Numbered from the stretch's first letter, positions 24,806 through 38,683 are shown. The stretch: 64,000 nt of DNA from Nymphaea colorata (GCF_008831285.2 NC_045138.2:25544001-25608000); one strand, 5' to 3'. Made by a program: numbers and translations. The notes: a model not told the origin generated them from the letters alone.

Positions 24806-27800
24806 GGTTAAATTAAATGACATATTGACGTGAAATTACTTACATTGATGGATTTTTTTTTGTGAGTGGGTATATCTAGTGATGAATTCATTAATTTCTA
24901 ACAGCTTGTTGAAGATGGTAGAAATTTGTTAATGTGGTAAAACTGGTTTGGTAGCTTTCATATTGAAGAACTACCGCACCTTTTTTTTTTTTTCCTACCA
25001 TGAGGTTATGTGTTGGCCTCTAACACATTGTTTTGGTAGCGGCAGTAAATGAAAACCGCCGACAAACACATACGACCTATATATGTCAGCTTACAAGTAA
25101 GTTCGAAGTGGCTTTCATGCACTTAGTTGCTCTTAGAATACATGGAAACTTTGCCCAGACATGAAGAAATTTCCCAGCATATTTAGGCAGCAAAATACAT
25201 GTACTTAACACCACTTTTCTAATTTTATACGGATTCGCCCATAATTGGGATCGCGTTCAATAAGAAAACATTGTGTTCTTAGAACATACCAATTAAGAAA
25301 TCAGGTTGGATTCATATAAGATTTAGTATTAAATGTCATATAATTCGTTGTTCATAAATCTTGAAACTTGGTTCTTAACACATTGTATTGCAGCTCGGAT
25401 TCAATTTAAAAGTGACATTTAAATTCGGATGTAAATTTCAAATTCAGATTATGAATTTGGATATGGTATTACACTTTTTCATTTGTCATGGACTCCCAAT
25501 ATGTGACTATCGAAAAAGCAGATATGGTTAAGAATGCATCTTATTCAAATCGAATCTATTGACATCCCAGATACACGACCCAAAAACATTAGTTTTTGTT
25601 GAGTTAATTCCTACAAAATCTATTAAAATGGAGAAAAAAAAAAGAAGGCAGAGCGCCGAAATCACAAAAGCCTATACAGTAAGGACCCCCAACAAATTAT
25701 AGAAGGCCATGCATAAAATTGTAGTAATTCGAGCACTTGGATTGAAGGACTGTTAGGAATAGATATAGATCTTCCATAGGAAGACAAATTGAAATGTCCA
25801 AAGTTTTGGAGAATATAAATAAGTTTCCTTAATTTTGCTCTACCTAATGATGGAACCCGAAATGTTTGGCTAAGAGGCACTAGTAGGCTAAAACTTAAAG
25901 GGTTAATTGTCGGGGCAAAGCTAGAAATTTTTGCCTATAAGGCAATAAATATATATGTACAAATTTTCAATTGGCATCGGGGCAGTGACCCAAGTCTCAT
26001 GGGGCTGATCCATATCATTAAACCCAAACCTACCTAGATCCAATCATTAAAAGCAAGGTTTTAAAGTGGGCTCCATTGGGCATACGCCCTACGCAGCCCT
26101 CTCCTACCTCTGCTCCGGGTGCTTGTGCATAAACAAAAGCAAATAAAGATATAGACATGCATAAATATGACAATTTTTATGGGCTGGTGCGAGCAATGGC
26201 CAACCTCATGTTTTACCCCATGTTCCTCCCTTGGGATCACCAGACAGAGATCCTCAATTAAGAAATGGGAGACCACTAGGGCAACGCACCACTGCAGATA
26301 CTATAACACTATATATGTTCTTGTTTCAAATGGAGCCATTATGTCAAATGTTTGATTGTGAAATGTAAAGTCATCTATTACTATCTTATGTTCTTTCACT
26401 AATAATCAATTTGTTCTCCAAATATTTATTTGATGAACATGCATTTTAGGTAGGAACACAATATTCTTGCTAAACACATTAGGGAAATTTCTTGGTGCTT
26501 TTGATCTGTTTTTTAATGCGGTGATGGTGCACCCAATGTGAACAAATATATAACCAACATATAGCATTTTGATTTTATGAAAGAAAATTTCCGAACTCTT
26601 CGGCATGGCGGAAAAGGACTCAATATCTTAACTTTTATTGAGAATGATATATATATATAGACCCCGGAGCATTACTCTGTTCGAGTACTGACTCCGGCCT
26701 CTCGGGAAGGAGAACCGGCACGCCCACCGAGAAACGAGTCTCCACCCCGTCGGCGTTCTTATTGGATATAAATGAAATGGTATATGTTGAATCAGATCAC
26801 GAGGATTGGCATTTCTTATTCTGATGGTGATTTTAAAATATATATCAATTAGGTTTTAAGAAGAAAGGAAATAAAAGGTTGGTAGAAATGAGTTAATATC
26901 AAAATCCAGCATTTCCAATATTAATAGGTCCCATGGTTTCTCTTATCTTACATGTTGGTTGGTCGGCGTTCACAAGGATGATGGTTGCAGCCCTTTTATC
27001 GAGAGAAAGTTCAGTGCACACTATAACGCAATAAAGGAGGGAACAACATTTTGATAATTTGTTAAAAAAAATATGTTTTATTGTTTTTTATTTTTTTATT
27101 CTCACTTTTATCTTTATAATCTTTTTTAGTCTGTACAAAGACATTTTAGTCATATAACCAGCTTCAACCCCTGTCACCTCTCTCTCTCTCTCTCTCTTTC
27201 TCCCCTTTTCAAATACTGTCGTTTGCTAGACATCAACCATTGATTTTTTTTTATGAAGACAACCATTTATTTGTTTTTTAATTATGACAGGTGATTTTCA
27301 GAACTTGATATGCCATAAGAAAAATTTTGAAACTTTAGATACAGAAAATCAGAAATATGATCAAACTTTAGAAATAGTTAAATGCCACTTGCACATCGAA
27401 AACTGCAGAGTCCACTAAGGTAAACTTTGTTATGATATCCACAATATGATCATAGGAAAACATAATCATATTGTAAAGCTAAATAATGCACATACACATT
27501 AGGGAAATATGATCATAGCATATCGGGACATGATTCCAGACATCTTGGTGTACCTCACTGCTTGAATCAGTAGCTAAATTGTCAAAGTTGGTAACAGTGA
27601 GGATCTAATGTGCGTATCAAAGAGTATCAAATTATATTGAATAAATCCAACAGTATGGATTGACTTCTAGCTCAGAAATAAATCTAAAAATAAGGACTTC
27701 ATTTTTTATGTGCGCATTAGATTTTACAAGCATCAAAGTTTATAGTGACTTTTATATACTTCTTAAAAAAAAAAACAAAAAGCTACCACACATATTATTC

Positions 27801-29165
27801 TTTAACCCTACATTTTTAAGCATAAATGGTAGGTGGGAAATGTAGCAACTTTAGCATTTTGAAAGGAGGATTGGGCCAAAGGCATTCTTTAGATGCTGGT
27901 CTTTAAAATGCATATTTTCAAACAGAAGGTTGTGTTCCATGTTCCTAAAATGCATGTTTTAAGAATTTCTATTCTAAGACCACGATGTGACAATCTCTGG
28001 TATCTAATAGTTTGATCTATGCATCACATCTATAATCACATCGTATTTCCAAGAAGAAGAATTTAATGTCAAAATCATATTTTTTAAGAACATGTGTCCT
28101 CTCCTCCCATAACACGAAGTTCTCAGTACTAAACAACCTCTTTAGTGATTGGGAAGAGATATCGTCAAGGAGATTGGTAGAAATGAGTATGGTTAAATGG
28201 GGAGACTTCTTGCTTCTGAATCTCTGATCAGTCCTGGTTTTCAGCTGGCGAATAAAGGTGCTTTGTGTAAAAGCTAACAAGTAACGGCAGAACATTTGAT
28301 TTTTTTGCGAGAAAGGGATATCGTTCAAGTGAGAGAATGTTTTGAATGTGACGTCCAAGGCATTTTCAGAAGGAGGTGGGCTCCTTCTCTTAAAAGCGGC
28401 TGACTGTGGAAGACAAATTTTTTTCCAACTACTATTTGCCATGGGGAAGACAATTCCTTTTTTACAGTAATATAGCATCTGTTGAACATCATAAACAATG
28501 TTATATCTCAAATATATATATATATATAAGAAGAAGAGGAAATCCTAGTTGCCATTAATTAAGATGCCAAGTTGGGAGACTCAGCAACATTGCTAGGAAA
28601 AAGCAAGGTAAGTCCTCCCTGAAACTGTGGAGAAATCATAGGCCCTTGTCGATGAGGAGTACTCTGATGTGGATGATTGCATCCTACATCCATTTCACAA
28701 CCTTTTAAGACACAGTGAGCTCATGATCAGAAAGATCAGATCTTACTGGCAGTCGCGGTGAATGGAGAAAGGAACAGATGTTGATGAAGGTGGTACAAAG
28801 AATCGGCAACTAATTACACGAGAATGTGACCCTGGAGGAATACGTTGAATCCCATCGGCATCCTCCTTAGGACCTGGCTGGAGAGAACAGGTTATCAGCT
28901 CAACAACAAAAACCGGTTATCTCTCATGGGGACGATCTTCATCAAATGACGTGATAGATTTTTTCTAACTACATTTTCAGGTGAGACGGGATTCCTCTCT
29001 GCCCTGCAAAACTTGTGTACTTTTTTCCATGCAAACAGGAACTTCCGGGTTTTGAAGATCAAATGCTGCTGCTCTTAGCACGGGTTGACGGACGGTTTTC
29101 CTTGACTCTGGTTTTTGTGCACTCACTGCAATATACTTACCATTTTTGCACTAACCCCGTAGGTT

Positions 29166-29166
<1 letters not shown>

Positions 29167-29230
<64 letters not shown>
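29167..29230. repeat. (GA)n microsatellite, about 32 units
   Basis: Uninterrupted AG run. Confidence 0.95.
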
Positions 29231-29232
<2 letters not shown>

Positions 29233-31342
29233 TTCGAATATGTAATAAACAAAGAGCTCATGAGTTGGGAAAACCGAAGAGAAAGGAAAAAGGAAAAGCA
29301 AACACGAAGAAAGAAAAGATCACGCATGAGACATACGGATCACGCCTGTTAAAAAGGAGGCCGATGCGATTAACGACGAGAAAACCGAAAACCAAAGGAA
29401 AAGAAGGCTGCTTCTGCTCGTGGCGGTGGTTCATTTACTCCTGTATTCAAAGCTTTAGTTGGTCTTTCTCTTCGAATTTTCCTTTTCCACGGGCTGCTGC
29501 ATTGCAGTCCCGAGGAGAAAGTAAAAAAGCTGATCAGATTTCAATGTCCACACAACAGCACTGCCCAACTAAAAATTTATCTTTCTCTCCCTTGAAACGT
29601 ATGAGGAAAGGCGATGCCCGTTACCATCTTCTCCGTATCCAGTTTTAAGTTTCAAGAAAGAAGTTCACTGGAGATAAGTGGTAACGGATAAGATTAAAAA
29701 GGAAAAATAAGAGACGGCACAGAGAGCAGTGAAAGTATGTTTGCGCTTTTAAACTTAATTTAGAAAACTATAAACTTCAGTAAACATACGGATGTCACAC
29801 GAAAGAATAACTTGGGCACGACCCCGAATAATAGAAGTACCTCCCTTTGAGAGTAGTTTTACTTTTGATTTGAGGGGTTTCTAGAAAATAATTATATACA
29901 TGTGATTATGTGGAAATTTTAAAAACATATAAATGAATAAAATAATTGTATTCTCTTACAAGTAAAACAAAAGGATGGTCTTCTCTCTATGTTTGAAAAC
30001 ATCTTTTTTTTTTAAGACATTCTTAATGCCGTTGAGTGTAAATTAAGACCAAATATAGAATATAGATTACTAAAAACGCTTGATAATAAAGAAAACCAAT
30101 TGTGAGGATGAGCTAGACTCGCTGAATGCGTTCTGTTGCATATAAATACATATATATGCACACGTACACACACTCAGTCTTTCCAAAATAGCATTTGAAA
30201 ACATTATGAATATATGAAAAAGGATTTTCCATACAAATCATTGTCAAAGATTTTAAAAACCAAGAATCTCAATGTTTTTCCAGCAAAACTCATCTTACTT
30301 GTTTCGAAAACAAAATTTTTTATGCCAACTTCTATGCTTTTAAATATGAGTAGCAAACTAATTGCATACTGTTAAAAAGGAGATGCCTAAAAGAACATAC
30401 TTAGTTTGACACACACATATCTTAACATTGGCGAGAAATCATTCTTTTCAAGGTGTGTCATCTTTGGAGTTACTATCAACTCGCTCTCTTATATACACTA
30501 CATCCATAATACTACACGACTATTTTTATATCTTGCATTGATTTAATGAGGAAAGATATATGAGACTGATCATGGATTGTATCATTTTGTAGAGAGAGAT
30601 AGAAAGAGAGAGAAGAGGGGGAGGTGGGGGTGGAGTAGGGAGACACGGGGTGCATCAGCCTCCATTGCCAACCGGAGGTAACTTTCATGGGTCTCGAACC
30701 TGAGACATATGCAGGTCCGACCAACTAGGCTACACACCAGTTAATGGAGGGAGAGAGAGAGAGGAGAAAGAGAAAGAGGAAACTGGAAATGTCATAAAAA
30801 ACAGCTGACAGGGAGATTAATGCAGAATTGAGCCACCAAAAAGCTCTGGCGATACAACTTTAATAATTCAGCTGCCACGCCTAATTTACCGGTTCATTAA
30901 AAACTATTGGATATCTGAACAAAGCAAGCTATCGTCTTTCAAAACTATCATACGTTTCTTCTTCTGTGAGTGAGAGTGCGTGTGCGGGAGCGCCCATTGT
31001 GCAAGGTTGCATGTATAAACAAATGAATCACGCACATATATAAACGGAAAAAGAAAAAAGCGTTTAGTATGAGGAGAGCAGATCATGTAGGTGATATATT
31101 ATTCTGGTACTCAACTATCTTGAACAACCAAAAGAAAAGTAGCAAATCAAATGATAATTGATGTTTCTCCTCATCACCACTATATTATTATTAATACAAA
31201 GCGACTTCTGAGACATTTATATGAAAGAACAAAATAATGAGTGGAAGATTTTTCATATCCTTTTAATCCAAATCACAACCATAGAAAGGCACAACAACAA
31301 TTGAAGATCATGTTATATATGGGGAATCGGGAGATCAGATGC

Positions 31343-32188
31343 TTATAAGAATGAATTGGAGGGGCCATACCCTGGAAAATCCTGCCACTGCCCACCTACT
31401 AAAGAAGATCCACTACTGTTCCAGTAGCAGGCTCCGGCTGAAGGGGCGGCGCTGCTGTCGTATGCCGTCTGTGTCTCCGGCTTCAACGCCGGAGACCCAC
31501 TAGCAGCAGCAGCTACATTTCCGGCGACGCCAGAAGACGGGAACGGTGGCAGCAGGTGAAGCAGTCCATCTTTGGTGCCAATGGAACCCTCGGCAGCATC
31601 AGCAACTCTCCATGATCCAATATCATTTACGAGTCCTTCTGGGACGTTGGGAAAGCTGGGTGGGGTATGTTCGGGTGCCGAGGCCACCAATGGCTGTTGA
31701 TGATGATTGTTAAGAATGGCGCTATACTCCCCCATGGTCATGCCATGACCGAATGGCGTCAAGCTGGAGAAGCTAGAAACTCCTGCGGAAAGCTTCACTC
31801 CTGTGGAAGATTGATCCATCAGAAATGGAGGTCTAATTGCACTGAAGAAGGGGGTGAGGAAGTCGGATTTGCCATCTTGGTGGGAAGAACTGGTAGGACT
31901 ATCTGATACTAATCTCTTTGGGCGTTTCCCCCCTTTCCTGCAGCCTCCACCAACTGGAACATTCCTTAGAGTTCCTCCTTTGGTCCAGTACCTCCTGCAG
32001 GTCTTGCAGAAGTACCTGGGCTGGGAGAGGCTGTAGTTGTTGTAGTAACAAAACTTGGTGTTTAATGAATCACATCTGGGGCACTTCTGTGGCTGTTCAG
32101 CCTGGGGCTTAACTCTCCTAGTCTGTGCAGATCCTACCATCCCATCTGGGTTCTCCAAGTTTATTCCTCCTGTTCCCCTATCCTGCAT
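31343..32188 (-). CDS. Dof (C2-C2) zinc-finger transcription factor, 281 aa, single coding exon with introns in the 5'UTR
   Basis: ATG at 32188 (MQDRGTGG...). Dof domain [54 protein letters not shown]-terminal YWN...WQDFPG motif. Acceptor TTTTTCAG| at 32215 and an upstream non-coding exon at about 32600-32506. The in-frame upstream stop supports this start. Confidence 0.93.
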   Translation of the reverse strand: MQDRGTGGINLENPDGMVGSAQTRRVKPQAEQPQKCPRCDSLNTKFCYYNNYSLSQPRYFCKTCRRYWTKGGTLRNVPVGGGCRKGGKRPKRLVSDSPTSSSHQDGKSDFLTPFFSAIRPPFLMDQSSTGVKLSAGVSSFSSLTPFGHGMTMGEYSAILNNHHQQPLVASAPEHTPPSFPNVPEGLVNDIGSWRVADAAEGSIGTKDGLLHLLPPFPSSGVAGNVAAAASGSPALKPETQTAYDSSAAPSAGACYWNSSGSSLVGGQWQDFPGYGPSNSFL

Positions 32189-34453
32189 CCTTTGCTCTTG
32201 TTTTCCTTTGGAATCTGAAAAAGTGAGAGAAGACGAGAGAAACCCTCCAGTCAGATAACTAGAAAATATCACGAGAGAAAAAAATTAAGAGCAAATCCTT
32301 TCATAAGCATGGCAAAGAAGACAACAAAAGAGCAAAGATTCATGCTTGGAGGAAAGACCAATTTGACAGAAAGGTAGAAAGACATAGTGACATATGATCC
32401 CAGATTAAAGGTAATAAAATTAAAAGGAAATAATAGAAAATCTAAAGGATGCTTTTAAATAACCGATATACTTTTGAGACGGAGAAAGAAGTTCTTGATA
32501 TGAACCTGTTAATTGAAGGTCCAGCAGTTGCTTTGATTTTTCCTTCTCACTTGCATGCGGCCAGAACAAACGCCAACTTTAGAGTTCCGTAATACCAAAG
32601 CTGTAAGAAGTGAGGAAAATCTGTCTGCTCGCACTGTTTATGCGGAATCAATCCCAACCGTGATCACACTTGTCCTCCATCGCCATCACCGTAACCCTAT
32701 ATCACAAGCTGCAACCTTACCGATCAGATCAGCCGGAGCGACACCCATGTGCAGATCCCCAGAAAATGAGAGAGAGAGAGAGAGAGAGAGAGCTAATACC
32801 ACGAGAATTGACAAAGATTGGGAAACAACAGAGCTACCAATTATATTTACAGACATAAATCAAGAACTAGTGAGGAACTCAGAGAGAGAAAGAGAAGGAG
32901 AGAGTACTTCTAGGGTTTTAGTGCTTCGTTCATCTCCCCAGAAGACCATATTGGGAAAGTAGAGGACGAACGCTAAATTTTCCAGTTTCCCTCCTCAAAG
33001 CAGGAAGAGAAAGCCCAACCAAGGCCACGAGAAGACTCAGAGAGAAGGTGGTGTTCCCCTCTTGTTCCCTGTCACACGCAGAAAGCACTGCAACTCCCAG
33101 CACGAGGAAAAGCCATAGATCACAGGCACTGTCACTCCCAAGCGTGAGAGGAATGGACAACTCTCCCTTTCTCTCTCTCTCTCTTTTGTTCCCTCAATAA
33201 TTCCGGGCGGCCAAGCGGAAATAACTCTCATTGTTAGGCGTGGCGTGGCGGTGGCGAATGTTGTCAGATGCTTGACCCTCCTTCCGCACACACGCATGCA
33301 CGCACTCACACCCCCCTTTCTCTCTCTCTCTCTTCAAACACCCATACATATACACACATATATATCTAAACACACCTACAGATATATATTATATGAATAT
33401 GTATATATTGGTGAATGATGTTGACCTCCACAACATACATGCACGCACACACTCACCTTTTTCTATATATATAGAGAAAAACACATCCATATACACAAAT
33501 ATGTATATATATATATAAACCAGAGAACAAAAAACCAACCTATTTTTCTCTCATGTTAAAGAACTCAGCTAGCAAAAACCAACGATGAGTTTGAAAGTGG
33601 TCAGTGTTGAGTTTAAATCAATCTTTTAGAGTACAGAATTTGATTGCGATTTTGGTTCGACCGACCATTGATAAGTATTTTGCTGTCTTGGGTCCGATCC
33701 AACCTTAGCAAGGAACAAATGGGCAGGACAGGACTTAAGTCCGTCATGGTCTACTGGGCCGATGCGTCTTTGCTGCAGAAGAGCAGAAAAGCTTAACATT
33801 GACAAGACATAAGGCTCGCCCTATACAACTCGCAGTAACCTTTCACAGCTAGGTACGCTGGTACAACCCCCTTCCCCATCCCTTCCCGTATCGATCCATC
33901 TGGAGGAGAAGGAATCGTCCTAGATTGCAAGAAAAAGTTGGGACAGTGAAACCTATCGTACATGTGATATTATTCCAAGCAGCTCTCAGAAATATTCCTT
34001 CTTCTGCAAAACAATAAAAGCTAAAGTTGGTTCTCTTAAGAAATCAAAAAATTCTAAACTGCCGGTGATCACAATGATGTGAACAATCAGCCCATGTTTT
34101 AAACTTATCTGCTCCGCCGCAGCCCTCCACATCTATATTTGGTGCTACTTAGCTTCAGTTTCTGTCACAATTTAATGGCTGATGACTGTGTAGAATCTGT
34201 GGTTAGCTATAAAGGGCACAGTGGAGCTGATCGCGTTAGGAACACATGAAAAAACAATGTCTCTAGTTCGATTTTCATGGGTGTTGCGTCTCTACGTCTT
34301 AGTAATGTCAGGCCGCATAGGATTCCGAAGGCAAGGGAAATTGGAAAGTTGGGAGTGGGGTTTGTGGGTAGTAAACTTCTTGTTCACCAAACTATCTCAA
34401 GTTAACTTTCATTAACTTTCATTTTTTTTTTTTACCATTTCTGAGAGACAAGC

Positions 34454-34680
34454 CTAGAAAAAATTACTCTCACCTGATATATAAGACCAGAGACACCAGT
34501 CCTTTTCTTTGTTGAAAGTTTCAAGTTCTTCTCCAGTAAGAAACTCTCCCTGTTCATGAAAAGGGACGGGGGCATTATCATGCTGATTTTGTATATAAGT
34601 AACGCCTGCTCTTATATGGTCTGGGTCATATATGAGTTCCATAAATGGCTGGGTTACGTCACCATTTTTTCTCTCTCTAA
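34454..34680 (-). mobile_element. Possible LINE ORF1 (DUF4283-like) remnant
   Basis: MELIYDP...EELETFNKEKDWCLWSYISG resembles the start of plant L1 ORF1 (EExxxW...CLVGY). Short and truncated. Confidence 0.3.
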
Positions 34681-35446
34681 AGCTATGAGAGAGGATTTGG
34701 AGTTAGGCTGCTCTTCAGGATCATTTCTAAAAATGGGAGTGCTTTTGTTCCAATATTGGCAAAGGAGGCAGGTAAAGAAATTTGAAATGAATGAGGTAGG
34801 CAAGAAACTTGAAATGAAACAACTCTGTCTAACCAATTTGGTAGTAAGTGAGGGTGCAATAAATTGAGGTAGACTTTGTTAAAGCCTACATATGGACAAA
34901 TTTTCTCCTGAAGAAAAAAAAAAACAAAGAGTTGAAGTTTTTGAAATGGTGCAACATCTTTTGTCAAATTCAAGAAATTGCTCTAATATTTTTCTTTTCT
35001 CCAAAGGAACCCAAATTTAAACCAGCCCAGTAATTAAACCTGCGTCGATCGGGATAATGCATCTTTCCGTTTAGTCTTAAAATTGAAAATTTTATTTTAT
35101 CATCTTTTGAACGCAACTTCTTAGAATAATCAACTTCCGGAAAAGTTATCAAGATGCTATCTGGCCTGGTCTAACTTCAGTTCCCACAAAAAAAATAAAT
35201 GGCAATTGCAAGTTTCTCTTTTGCACATTAATGGGTTTAAGAATGTTGAAAAATTGAGAATAATTTCATATTAATGGGTTTAAGAGTCTTTGAATATCTC
35301 AAATAACCATGTGGGGATGCTAATGTATTTACTGTGAACTTGAATGGCATTAGTTAGTTGTAATTTGTATAATTACATACTTGCATCAACTTTGGATTAA
35401 ACCATACAGTAATTGATAGTCAAGTTCAAGTGCATTTGGTTTCAAT

Positions 35447-35685
35447 GGGTGTAGCACAGCTGGTCGAAGGTAAGGGACATGCAGATGTGCATGTCCTCGC
35501 TTCAATTTTCATGGGTCCTACTCTCATGTGCCTCAAAAGGTGGGGGTGCTAGGAAAGTGGCCTTCTGCCTACCCTAAGCCCCGATGCAGCCCACCCAGGT
35601 TCTTGGAGGCAGAGGGAATGGGGAAGAGGGCTTTCTGACCTTCTCGGGTCGGGTGGTGGATTGTTAGCCTCCCACTCATCCATGA
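35447..35685 (+). mobile_element. tRNA-derived SINE-like element
   Basis: Pol III box A TAGCACAGCTGG (35452-35463), a perfect 9-bp stem GGACATGCA/TGCATGTCC (35475-35496), a degenerate box B (about 35498-35508), then a GC-rich body. It does not fold as a complete tRNA. Confidence 0.5.
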
Positions 35686-36019
35686 ATATTTTTGGGTGTT
35701 GAGGTGAGGACATAAGGTACACTCTCGCTCATGGAGAGAGGCTGAAAGATGAAATTCATGGAATAGGACAAGCGCAACAAACATTTCACATGTATATGAT
35801 TTCAGCTTTTAGTGATTTTCACAAGGAAGACGGATAGATCCAGGTATTTGAAAGTGCATGAACTTTGGAACAGAAGGAAAACGACGTGATGATCAAAACT
35901 TCAATGAACAGATCATTAGTGCTCAGGACATCAATTAATTACATGCATAACAAGTTCAGATGAGTGCCAAAAACCTCGAAAACAGATGCATTTCTGAATT
36001 ACCTTAAAGCATTCAAACT

Positions 36020-36600
36020 AATTTGAGAAATGAAGAAAAGGGGCTCTCCTTGATTCGATCAATGTGAGAGTTACCAGACATGAACGAGTGGAGTAGGTGG
36101 GCAGGGGCCAAAAATGGACCAGCATGTGAGTCCACAACTGGGTCAATTCCATGAATCTCTTCAGCCACCTAATGGTCATGAAGCGGGCGAGCTGAACCAC
36201 CTCCCAACCAAAACAAGAAAGGCCATATCCTCTAAACTCCATGATCTATGTGTCCAAATGATTCTGAAACCAACCATGTGGTTGTGGACCTCACCACTGA
36301 GCAGCTCATGGATATCAGGTAGGCCAAAGATTCTCAACTTCATTGTGCATCGTGCCTGCACCGCATCAGGCTCGATCGATCGGAAAACGGGAACGTTAAA
36401 TTCGTGAACGTCATCCCGTCGGCGAGAGGTCGCAGGTTCCACCGCCTGAAATGAGGCCATGATCACGGCGAGACCAAATGTGATGGTCACGAGACTTGCT
36501 CGTCATGAACAAGGGAGGATCGAGTTTTAAGAGGGGAACGTGAGGATGATAATGGAGGTTGGGACGATCGAAGAAGATCAGTACTGGGGAAGGCAGAGAA
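36020..36600 (-). mobile_element. Possible degenerate Ty3/gypsy-type gag fragment
   Basis: EFNVPVFRSIEPDAVQARCTMKLRIF resembles the gag PxF.G..dp.....W...merIF motif; RFMELTQ appears in another frame; frameshifted. Confidence 0.3.
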
Positions 36601-37056
36601 GGGAGGTGGTTCGGGGTCTAGACTCTGTTAGCAATTGTCACAAAAAATTGTTATTTTTATATTGATATTCTATCAAAGTTTTCTTCATTTATATATTAGT
36701 GTTTCAAAACTTCAAAATTTTGTAACTAGGATTTTTTTTTACTGTGTGAAGGTGACTTCCTCCCTCCACATAAAGTGAAAAGAAAAGAGCACCACCAGGT
36801 TCGCTCTAACAGTCTAATTCCAACCTTCCTGACGGCTAGCCCAGGTGCTTATATGCTTGGTTCGATTCCCAAGGCACACTCACTCTTATGTTCGATTGCC
36901 TTGGATTTGTAATCACGGGCTACCACATATCATAATTTGTACATTAATGTAGTGTGAATCACAAACATGAATCGTGATATCCACTGTTTGCATCAACAAC
37001 GGATTTGACCCATATGGCAGATTTGAGATCAGAGTCGGATTTAAGATACTACTGAA

Positions 37057-37188
37057 GGGGTCGTTTGGCTTTTACTATTTCATAATCTTGCTTCAAAAAT
37101 TCATAGCTAGTGTTTCATAGATATGTGTTAATCTTTAAAAGTAGATTGATAGAATGGCATATTACCACTCCATTAGCCAAACTACCTC
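37057..37188. mobile_element. Tourist-like MITE
   Basis: TIRs GGGGTCGTTTGGCT / AGCCAAACTACCTC with flanks GAA / TAA (a TAA-type target site). Confidence 0.6.
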
Positions 37189-37872
37189 TAATTAGCTCTC
37201 CAATGAAAGCTTCTAGAATAAAATACTATGTCAAACACTAAACGTCCAAATCTCTCTCTCTCTCTTTCTCTCATGTGATATTAATGGGTTTATTATAGTC
37301 ATTCACTAGCTACCAATGTCTTATAAAAAACAAAACACCAACAAGCAATCTAGAAGACTAAATCAACCAAAAATCTCTCTCCCTCTCTCTTTCTCTTGTC
37401 CATTCCTCCCTATAATTTATATTCCCGCAGGCCCCATTATTATTATTATGGCAAACCTTGCTTTATCGTACCGTGACATTGAGTGGGAGACATCCAACCC
37501 CACTTCATCACATCACGCTCTCCCCTTCGGGAGGGCCGTAACTCATGATCTCCCTCTCTTCTTCCCTTATTTCTTCCTGCATCTCTCTCTCGTGCCCTTC
37601 TTTTTCCATAACTTCCTTTCCTTCATGTCCAGCTAAATTAAATTCGTCCCACATTGTCCGTGGAATTTCTGACTTATTCATTGCATTTTCTTAGAGGCAA
37701 CTAGTTGATCCGACCAAATTCGTCAGGTTTCATGACTTTAAAAATCATTGGTGTTGTACATTCCATGCATGATTATTAACTACGAGTTGTTTTTTTTTAT
37801 TTCTCATCACTAAAGTAGCTGAATATCTTAGTACAAAGAAATTATGGTATCCTCTGTTTTCATTCTTAAAAC

Positions 37873-38683
37873 AGGAGAGGGTGCACATCATGTTGGCGGT
37901 GGTTTGCGAGAGGTGAACTTACTCTCCCTCTTCTCCTTATCCTACGGGTACAGTACACGGTTGGACTTAGCAGTTCCATTATAGATCCTTCAACTCCAGT
38001 GTTATATTTCTGAGGATGTGTCGCTGACACTCACATGCACCATTAGTTCATAAAAAAGGAGAGGGTACACCATCATGTTGGCAGTTCCCGAGAGGCAAAG
38101 CTACTTTCCCCCTTTTCCTTACCCTCAAGGGTATGGTACATGGTTGGACCTAGCAGCTCTATTATACATCCTTCAACTACAGTGTTATATTTGCAGCACA
38201 TGAAAATCAAACTGAGGGCGTGTCATCAACACTCAGATGCACCATTCATTTATAAAAAATGAGTGGGTATACCATCATGTTGGCGGTTTGAGAGAGGTGA
38301 AGCTACTCTCTCCCTTATCCTTACCCTCAAGGGTACCGTACATGGTTGGACCTACCAGTTTTATTATACATCTTTCAACTTCAGTGTTGTCTATGACACA
38401 AAAATATGACACAAAAATCAAATTGAGGACGTGTCGCTAACACTCAGCACGATTCGAAGGACAGGGTAGGGTGCAGGACAGGATAGGGTGCACCACCACG
38501 CTGGTGGTTCGCGAGAGGCGAAGCTACTGTCCCTCTTCTCCTTACCGAGCTCTATTATAGATTCTTCAACTCCAATGTTATCAAACCCCCCTTTGACATG
38601 AAAATCCCAGTTCTTTTATTATACATCCTTCCCAGTGTTGTATTTGCTTGACACGAAAATAACGTGTCGCCGACACTCAGATG
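37873..38683. repeat. Tandem array of four diverged units of about 185-220 bp
   Basis: Units start at 37873, 38057, 38259 and 38480. They share AGGAGAGGGT..CATCATGTTGGC..GAGAGG..AAGCTACT..CCTTACCCTCAAGGGTA..GGTTGGACCTAGCAG..ATTATACATCCTTCAACT..GTGTCGCTGACACTCA. Confidence 0.85.

Noticed and set aside
28017..28511. 164-aa minus-strand ORF
   Set aside because: Non-ATG start next to an (AT)n tract; no recognisable domain or splice context.
32189..32272. Upstream extension of the second Dof ORF
   Set aside because: Non-ATG start; includes the polypyrimidine tract and acceptor of a 5'UTR intron.
33290..33445. RY motifs (CATGCA) upstream of the second Dof gene as evidence of B3 regulation
   Set aside because: The hexamer is frequent across the window; no enrichment can be claimed by eye.
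37873..38683. CRISPR-like or snoRNA-cluster interpretation of the tandem array
   Set aside because: Whole units are homologous with no unique spacers, the context is eukaryotic, and there is no consistent C/D or H/ACA box arrangement.
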